A stretch of DNA of 64,000 bases from Flaccisagitta enflata (taxonomy: Eukaryota). Positions within the stretch are counted from its first letter, which is position 1. Every line of letters begins with the position of its first letter. Under the pieces are notes generated by a model. It was not told the origin of the DNA and did not search any database. It saw nothing but the letters and a program-made list of their open reading frames with translations. The DNA lies in assembly GCA_965153355.1 (NCBI GenBank), contig OZ231126.1, positions 23,684,001-23,748,000 on the forward strand, in the 5' to 3' direction. Positions 55,297 through 64,000 of the stretch are shown here, piece by piece. Position numbers and translations under genes: made by a program.

Positions 55297-56565
55297 CACC
55301 TCGAAATGGCATCAGAAGGAGACGGGGGAGAGGAAGAAGAAGAAGTTGAAGAAATACAAAGAAAAGAGAAAGAGGAAGAAGGAGAAGAAGATGAAGAAGA
55401 AGAAGAAGAAGAAGAAGAAGAAGAAGAAGAAGAAGAAGAAGAAGAAGAAGAAGAAGAAGAAGAAGAAGGACAAAGAAAAGAAATAGAGAAGGAGAAAGAA
55501 GATGAAGGAGAAGAGGATGGAAAAAATGAAGAAGAAGAAGTTAGAGCAATTAGAGAAAATCATTGAATGAAATACAGGCAAAGGAAAAGACGAAAGAAAG
55601 ATCAAAAGAAAGATAGAGTAAAAAGAAGAAGAAAAGAAACTATAAACATGAATTGAAAAAGAATAAAAAGAATATTTCTGTGAGAACTGGGAAGAGACTA
55701 CAAAAGCATCAAAAGAAAATTGACTCTCAAGAATAGAAACTTTCAAAGAACCCAACTTATGATATTTTTTCTCTTATTCATAAGATAATTTACAACTTTT
55801 ACACAAATAAAAATGCCGAATTGAAAGATGTAATACATCACGTAAGTCATTCATGAAATATAGCAAACCCGTGGGAGAAAATGATGGATGCACCAAGATC
55901 TATTCAGATAAGTTCACTGGTTGTCTCGTTTTGTAACTCATAATATGAGGCACAATTGTTTTGCTACACTCACAACACCGTCGCCACAGAACACATGCTC
56001 ACTCACACAACTTGCATGAAAGCAAGGCCGAAAAGTGAGTCAAACATGCAGTCCAGTTACCACTTTAATTTGACAGCCACGTTCAGGGCAGTCAGACGGA
56101 TCGTTCATCCTTCCCTACATACGTATATTATTCACATTTTAGTCGCGCACGCCGACTTCTATACCTGCTCATCCGTCACGACTCGGTACCGGGTTTTGTC
56201 GGTTGGTCGGTTGGTCTGTCCCCATTTTACTTTTTTATTTGTTTTATTCCTATGAAGTCATTCTAAGTCAATTAANNNNNNNNNNCTGTCTTAGCAAAAT
56301 ATGCGATACGTCTTCGTTCTCAGTTTTATCAAGTCGCGTGCACGCGCTTCTTCATATTCTGTCGTAGAGCGTTGACCATAATTGAACCCTGGATCGTCAT
56401 CTCCGTGCGCGCGACCATTTACACATGATCGTGTGATTCAACCAGTCAAACACAACGCAACTTTCTCTCTATCTGTCTTTCCCTTCTTTCTGTCTTTCCC
56501 TTCTTTTTTTCTTTCCTTCTTTGTGACTTTTTTTCTTTCGCAACACTTTACTCTTTCTTTCTTTT

Positions 56566-56608
<43 letters not shown>

Positions 56609-58221
56609 ACGCCCCACTACTTTAAAGTCTTCTTTTGAACTCTTTTGTAATCTCTTTTCAACGAGAGCCCTGGGAGTCGTTAAGCAGCGCCAAAAATATC
56701 CCAGCGGCAGAAAATCCAAACAGAGGAACATCATCATCAAAAGCCTCAACGAGAAATGATAACAGATTCGATGTAAAAGGGACAGTTACGAGTTCAAGGA
56801 GCGCCAGTGCCACACATGGCGCGGTTGAGGAGGAGGAAGAGGAGGAAGACGCAGAGGAGGATTGCCCACAGGGCCACGCAGAGCGAAGGGTCTTAAAATA
56901 AATGGTGCGTTTTATTTGGTTTTAAAAGCCTCAAATGCGAAAGAGAGAAAGAATGAGAGAGATGCGATAAAATCAAAAGAACATGGATGCAGTTTTTGGC
57001 AACGGTACAACTTGAAAGAGGATGCAGTTTTCGAAGGTTTGCTGCAGCGCAGGTTTGGCGTCGAAGTCTTGGAGATAAAATGGTTAATCTGTCCGTCGTT
57101 TTGTCGGTGATGTTTCCGTCAGGTAGTATTGGACGGTAGAATACCACATGGGATATCGCCCATCAGACGAGGGTAGTGATTTTAAAACATACTTTTGATG
57201 CAAAAAAAGAAAAAATGAAAGAAAAAGAAAAATGCAACAAAGCATATGCAGCGCATATCCTTAGTGGTGCATCTTAAGAACGCATTGTGTTTGTGCAGGC
57301 CACTGGATATTTTGCCCGTGCTGCTTGTCCGGTGACTGTGGAGTTGAAGTTTAAGAAGAGAAGTACTTTCCGACAGCCGACCAAGCCAACCGACTAACAA
57401 CCGACCGACCGACCGACCGACCGACCAAGCCGACCGACAATCGATCCACTGAAAGCCGTCTCGCCCATAATCATTCTCGCAGAACGCATAAAGTAAATGA
57501 AGCAACAAAATTCAGCGAGTCTCGTTTCGGTCCAATGAGTCGTGTTGTTTTTCTTGACCCCAGTCCATATATTTTCTTCGTATACAGAAACAGAGAAGAA
57601 GAAAAAGGATATGAGAGAGAAGAAAAAAAAAGGAGGATGGAAAAAATGATCTTTCATGTTTCAAGTACGAACAACTCAGTAACTTTACAGTTTACATGCA
57701 CATGACATGCCGCTTGGTCTATCAGTCCATTGATCAGTATGTCGGTTACTGACTCGGTCAGACACCGTCAGTGCGTCGGGCGATCGGAGACAGCAGTTTT
57801 GCCATCAGAAAAATTGATACACTTAATCACAGGGATTGTGCATATTCAGAGCCTGCATTTGTAGCACCATGTAACTTAACTTGTGAGGCTGCATCAGAGC
57901 TATTTCAATTTCTGCCGTATGGCATACACCCTGCTTCGATCATAGATGATAATGCATTCATAAATTCAGACTGGAAAAAAAAGTAATATAAAAATTAGCG
58001 AAACAACGGTTCAGGAAAGGGAGAGAAACAGAATGAAACGGAATCATGTTGCAGGCTGCAAATTTTTTTTAAGGGTGAAGAGGATGAAGGTGCGTCTCTT
58101 CGCCCGTTTTGCCCGTCCTTACTTCTGCATTTTTGTCTGTTGACCAATCTGTTTTCTGTCTTATGTCTTCTGTATTGTCTCATTTAATTTCATTTCACAG
58201 CATGCCAGTCCGTTTCTTATT

Positions 58222-58277
<56 letters not shown>

Positions 58278-58372
58278 CATCTCCCTTTCTTTCTCTTTTC
58301 CTGTACCTCTTTGAAGAGGAAAAGCGAGAAAATCAGCGTTAAGATCATTATCACGGACAGATGGGAGAAAGG

Positions 58373-58473
<101 letters not shown>

Positions 58474-58577
58474 AAGTGAGAGAGAGAGAGAGTCAGAGTG
58501 GAGTCAAAGTCTTGAGTCTCAAATGAGATGCATTGCTTAATGTCTGGACAGGGAGGCGATCTCTCTCTCTCTCTCTC

Positions 58578-58627
<50 letters not shown>

Positions 58628-59183
58628 TCTCTCTCTCTTTGATCTCTTGGGATTCACAGTCTAAATTATATGACGCAACCAACTTGCGTGGAGATATATC
58701 ATCAAGGACTTGTAAGTCTCTTGAGCACTCGTCATCATGATATATTCTAACAATGATAGGAAAGGGGGAATTTATGCTGCAGGGGGTCATGAGTATGTAA
58801 TGTTTTTCATTATCTCGATAAAACAGGCTAATGATGTGCAAACAAAGATAACATGGTTTGCAAAAAAAAAACATTCAACCATCAATAATGGCATTTTGAT
58901 GATTTGTAATGTCAGAAAATAAGTAACGATAACCGTAATTATAATGAGAATACTGTAGATAAGGAAAGCAGTACGTACCAAAGTAAAAGAACTTGAACAA
59001 TACAATTGCTTTGAAAGTTGGCCAGTGAAACTTGACTTTTTGCCAAATTAATGGCTCATTATAACCGAAACTTTATTTCAAGTAAGAGCTTGGGACCGTC
59101 TAACACCACAAAAAGTGAAAAATGTCGTTGGCTGTCTAATCGAGACCAGAAGAGCGTAGGAACGGCGCAGTGGCCGACTGTCT

Positions 59184-59666
59184 AACAGGTCGCCCAAGGG
59201 CAATATGTGGTCAGTGATACCCGTTGCCTTGCTTTGTATGGTTATGAATTGAAGTGAGGGGAAGCAGAGCAGCGGCCCCGAAGGAGACGAAGTCCTGTAG
59301 AACACAGGGGACTTTCGTTCGTTCGTTCGTTCGTCCGTCCGTTTATCCGTCTGCCCCCCCCCCCCCCCCAGGCCCTCTCAGGCCTGAAATCTGCCCTCTC
59401 ATGCCTTGAATCTGAGAGGTCAGATTTGCGGCATGAGAGGCCTGAGAGGGCAGATTCCGGCCTAAGAGGGCAGATTTTAGGCCAGAGAGGGCAGATTCAA
59501 GGCCTGAGAAGGCAGATTCAAGGCCTGAGAAGGCAGATTCAAGGCCTGAGAGGGTAGATTTCAGGCCTGAGAGGGCCTGGGGGGGGACAAATGGATGGAC
59601 GGATGCACAAACGAAAGTCCCCTGTGTTCTACAGGACTTTGTCTCCTTCAGGGCCGCTGCCCAAAA
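59184..59666 (-). mobile_element. Helentron-like family B copy inserted between two 48-bp repeat units
   Basis: AACAGGTCGCCCAAGGGCAAT...GGGCCGCTGCCCAAAA sits in the A-run of the 48-bp unit with no TSD; absent from 42058-42677. Confidence 0.8.
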
Positions 59667-59896
59667 GAGACCAGAAGAGCGTAGGAACGGTGCAGTGGCC
59701 GACTGTCTGAAAGGGACCAACGTCGAATTTCGAATGAGAAGGCGGGAAGTTGAGTTTCATCGTCAGTTGAGTTTCATCATCGTCATCGTTCAGTTTCATC
59801 CTCAGTCTCAGACAGTCTGACTCTGCGAGGTTGAGAGAGAAAGACCGACAAAGTCAATTGTAAATGGGATCGCGTGTCATCGCTTCAATCGTCTAG

Positions 59897-59994
<98 letters not shown>

Positions 59995-60001
59995 GGCAGA
60001 G

Positions 60002-60080
<79 letters not shown>

Positions 60081-60155
60081 TGTGTGTGTGTGTGTATGTG
60101 TGTGTGTGTGTGTGTGCGCGCGCGCGCATGATATTGTCTTCCGATCCCCTGTGCT

Positions 60156-61592
60156 CACTTGACGGTATGTTTTCCCCCTCATGTGCTCAAAACCCATGTA
60201 CCTGATCGTTTTTGATTGCTTTTATAATATCACTACCTAGAACTAAAGAGATTTGGGATTTTTTATCCATTTTAGGGACCGCGAGTTCCATTTATTTATC
60301 ACCACTCCAAGGTGGTTGTGGTGACATTGTTGAAATTTGGTCACTTTGGGCTAAAAATCGGGCCACTTTGGTTTGGAAATTTGACCCAAAATCTGTGAGA
60401 TTATGAAACTAGAGCTCAAAAGCTAACCAGTGGTGCAATCCGCATGTTGCTATCATTTTTTGTTAAGATTTGAGAGCTTTTCAAAGATGGAAGGGTATGA
60501 GGGTTATTTTACCAATTGAATTTGGTGGTCAATTTTGACATTTTTTGTAATTTTTGATATATTTCCGCTTTGGATGAACAAATCTGGATGAAATTGGTGA
60601 CCAAATTGAAGAGTTTTTGATACTCTAGATGAATCTGGTAAAATTTTGGATCGATATGACCCTCAAAATTTTTGGGAGACTCTACAAGCAGGTGCTAAAA
60701 AGTGATTTTTTTCGCCATTTTGGCTACTTTGGTCAAAAAATTTGGGCACTTCTGAGATAGAAAATGACAAAAAATCAGTGGGCAAATTAAACTACTGTTC
60801 AAGATCTAACCAATGGTGCAATCGGCATGTCAATAGGTTAAAGCATATAGATTTGGCAAAGCTTCAAAGATCAGTGGGTATAATAAAATGACATTTTTTG
60901 GTCATTATGAGCCTAAAAGCTCTGCCAAATCTATATGCTTCAACATATCGACATGCCGATTGCACCATTTGTTAGATCTTGAACAGTAGTTTAATTTGCC
61001 CACTGATTTTTTGTCATTTTCTATCTCGGAAGTGCCCAAATTTTTTGACCAAAGTAGCCAAAATGGCGAAAAAAATCACTTTTTAGCACCTGCTTCTAGA
61101 GTCTCCCAAAAATTTTGAGGGTCATATTGATCAAAAATTTTACCAGATTCAGTTAGAGCATCAAAAACTCTTCAATTTGGTCACCAATTTCATCCAGATT
61201 TGTCTATCCAAAGTGGAGATATAACAAAAAATGTAAAAAATGTCAAAATTGACCACTAAATTCAATTGGGAAAATAACCCTCATACCCTAATGATGGCAA
61301 CATGCGGATTGCACCACTGGTTAGCTCTTGAGCTCTAGTTTCGTAATCTCACAGATTTTGGGTCAAATTTCCAAACTTAAGTGGCCCAATTTTGAGCCCA
61401 AAGTGACCAATTTTCAACATTTTCACCACAACCACCTCGTTGTCGTGATAAATAAATGGAACTCGCGGTCCCTAAAATGGATCAAAAATCCCAAATCTCT
61501 TTAGTTCTAGGTAGTTATATTATAAAAGTAATCAAAAACGATCAGGTACATGGGTTTTGAGCACATGAGGGGGAAAACATACCGTCAAAGTG
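60156..61592. mobile_element. 1.43-kb palindromic (foldback) DNA element, absent from the first copy
   Basis: ~700-bp inverted arms (TTGACGGTATGTTTTCCCCCTCATGTGCTC.. / ..GAGCACATGAGGGGGAAAACATACCGTCAA) around a ~50-bp spacer at ~60865-60915; empty site TCTGAGCTCACCTTG at 43271-43285. Confidence 0.9.
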
Positions 61593-62548
61593 CTCACCTT
61601 GAAAATATCAGCTAGTTTTTAGGATTGCATTTGAATGAACCATTTATTACCACGACTTTTCTTGTTGCTCACTATTTTCATTTTCGCATACTTTTGATGA
61701 TGCTCCACCGACATGAAACGACCTTTCAATGGACAGTTGTGATGAAATCTTCCAGCTGTTTACTTCTAAGTAGTCGGTTGTAAAATAAAGCCAGTTCTTG
61801 AGATCTTAGTCGGGGTGAAATCGTATGAAATTTGGCGTAAAAACCTCTGAGAGCGTGGGCGAGAGTATATGAGAGTGTAGGCGAGAATGTCCGAGAGTGT
61901 AGGCGAGAGTATGTCAGAGTGTCGGCGAGAGTATCTGAGAGTGTAGGCGAGAGTATCCGAGAGTGTGCGTGAGAATATCTGAGAGTGTAGGCAAGAGTAT
62001 CTGAGAATGTAGGCGAGAGTGTCTGAGAGTGTGGGCAAGAGTATCTGAGAGTGTAGGCGTGAGTAACTGAGAGCGAGGGCGAGAGTATCTGAGAGTGAGG
62101 GCGAGAGTATTTGAGAGTGTAGGCGAGAGTGTCTGAGAGCAGAGGCGAGAGTGTCTGAGAGTGTAGGCGAGAGTATGTGAGAGTGTAGGCGAGAGTATGT
62201 AGGAGTGTAGGCAAGAGTATCTGAGAGTGTAGGCGAGAGTATCTGAGAGTGTGGGTGAGAGTATCTGAGAGTGTAGGCGAGAGTATCTGAGAGTGTAGGC
62301 GAGAGTATCTGATAGTGTAGGCGAGCGTGTCTGAGAGCAGAGGCGAGAGTGTCTTAGAGTATAGGCGAGCTTGTCTGAGAGCAGAGGCGAGAGTGTCTGG
62401 GAGCGACTTCTAGCTGTTGAAGCATTTGGGTCGATACAATTTCAAATTCTCGTTTGATCCGTGACCGAAATAATTGACCCTGAATCTCGAAGGGCGATAC
62501 GCATTGTAAATGCTCTCTGTCTGTCGCCCCGCCTTCACATCCGTCAGC

Positions 62549-62657
<109 letters not shown>

Positions 62658-64000
62658 CGTGATCCAGTTTATTTGTCTGTAAGGGTATCTGTATGCAATC
62701 GGTTTCTTTATCTCCATCTCCGTCTCGGTCTTAATTTCTGTCAGTCTTCGTTTTTCTTCATTCCCACCTCTCTCTGTCTATCTGTCTGTGTTTCTGTCTA
62801 CNNNNNNNNNNAGACCGCCAGTTAAATACTGAGTGGTACCACGCCCAGGTGCTGTTCAATTTAACTACCGGTACGCAGCATGGCGTGGAAAGCGCCGCCA
62901 TTCACTGAGGAGCGTATTCCACCATCACATCCTCATCCCATCGATGAACAGGCCGGCCAAGTCCAGGAAGCTGCTACCTACCGAGGGCGTGGAATGACGT
63001 CCGCCCAGGGCCTGGCGGCAACGCCCACGGCGGCATTCTCATGGTTTAGGAAGGGTTGAAGTTGAGTTTTTGTTGTAAAGTGAATCTGTGTACGATAAGA
63101 ACTTTACTAATCAATCTGCCCCTATTCTTTCTTTTTCCTTTGTCTTCCCCTAGAAGATTCCTCTCAGGCAGCTGCACCACCTGCACCTTCCGATGCGGTC
63201 TGCCGTTGACATGACATCATTCATAACCTTTCGCCACGAGTTGGCAGAGATATTTAAGAACCCCGGAATGACCTTTGTTCTCTATATTGAAAGCCACTTG
63301 AGTAAATATTAGTAGATCCATAATCTTACTAATTTTCTTTGTTTTTCCAGCAGTCTTTTTTATATAGTTAGTAATTTATTTAATTTTGTCTTGTTTTGTT
63401 TGGTTCCTTGGAGCATGTACATTTTTGTTGTGTTTGTTTTGTTATAGTGTTTAGTCATTGTACAGATACTTTCGTATGATATGTTTTTAGTAGTATGCCC
63501 CTACTTATTATTTTCCACTCTCAAGTCAAGTCCCAGGCTTGGAGTGCTCCAAGGCCCGTTCCCCCTTTCCCCCCTTTCCCCTTAACTTTTTACAGAACAT
63601 GCCTCAACCTCGTCGCCTCTCGTTTCCATCAGCGTCATCGTTGATGGGTGAAAAATTTGCTGGTGGCCAGATCCCTTTCCAGGCCGAGTCATCATTGATA
63701 CGGTCGCGTCGATCTGTTGATAGCAGGTGGGGATGGCGGTGGAGCCAGGGAGGCGAGGCTGTGTCTGTGTAAATTTTTTTAGGGAAAGGTATTATCGGTT
63801 TTTTAGTAGGGTTTCCCATGGAAGCTAGATGTCGGATTGCAAGTGACAGGAGGTATGGGGGCAGAATATTAGAAAATATATGTCCGTCCGTTTTATTAAG
63901 TATGTGTGCTTTTGTTTCTTTTGCGTGCTTTTGGCTTTTCTTCCTTTCCTTTTATTCAATGCCAGCGTCTTTTGTTTCTTGCCACTTTTTATATAAAACG

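Noticed and set aside
62812-64000. Possible convergent exon fragments after the second gap
   Set aside because: Short, interrupted frames with no recognisable motif; cannot be assigned without a database search.

Overview
Animal genomic DNA, very rich in microsatellites and transposons, with two 10-N assembly gaps (56276-56285, 62802-62811). The only well-supported host gene is a three-exon central-class Hox gene on the + strand (CDS 27170-28352, 46386-46549, 47372-47518; ~497 aa). It has a YPWM hexapeptide, an Antp-type homeodomain carrying Ubx-like M34 and Lox2-like E56, and a UbdA-like parapeptide. The left end holds a degenerate BEL/Pao LTR retrotransposon. The rest is non-autonomous DNA transposons: Tc1/mariner-type MITEs, a hAT MITE, Helentron/DINE-1-like elements, foldback elements and a four-level nested insertion. 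The contig between the two gaps repeats ~7.6 kb of Hox intron 1 (probably a second haplotype), so filled and empty insertion sites can be compared directly. That comparison defines the most unusual object here: a 2.1-kb element (39028-41171) with CAC termini, a 5-bp target-site duplication and bipartite ends whose inner block is offset by 10 bp between the two ends. This resembles Transib/RAG-like transposons and the asymmetric V(D)J recombination signals. All comparisons were made by eye; no database searches were run.
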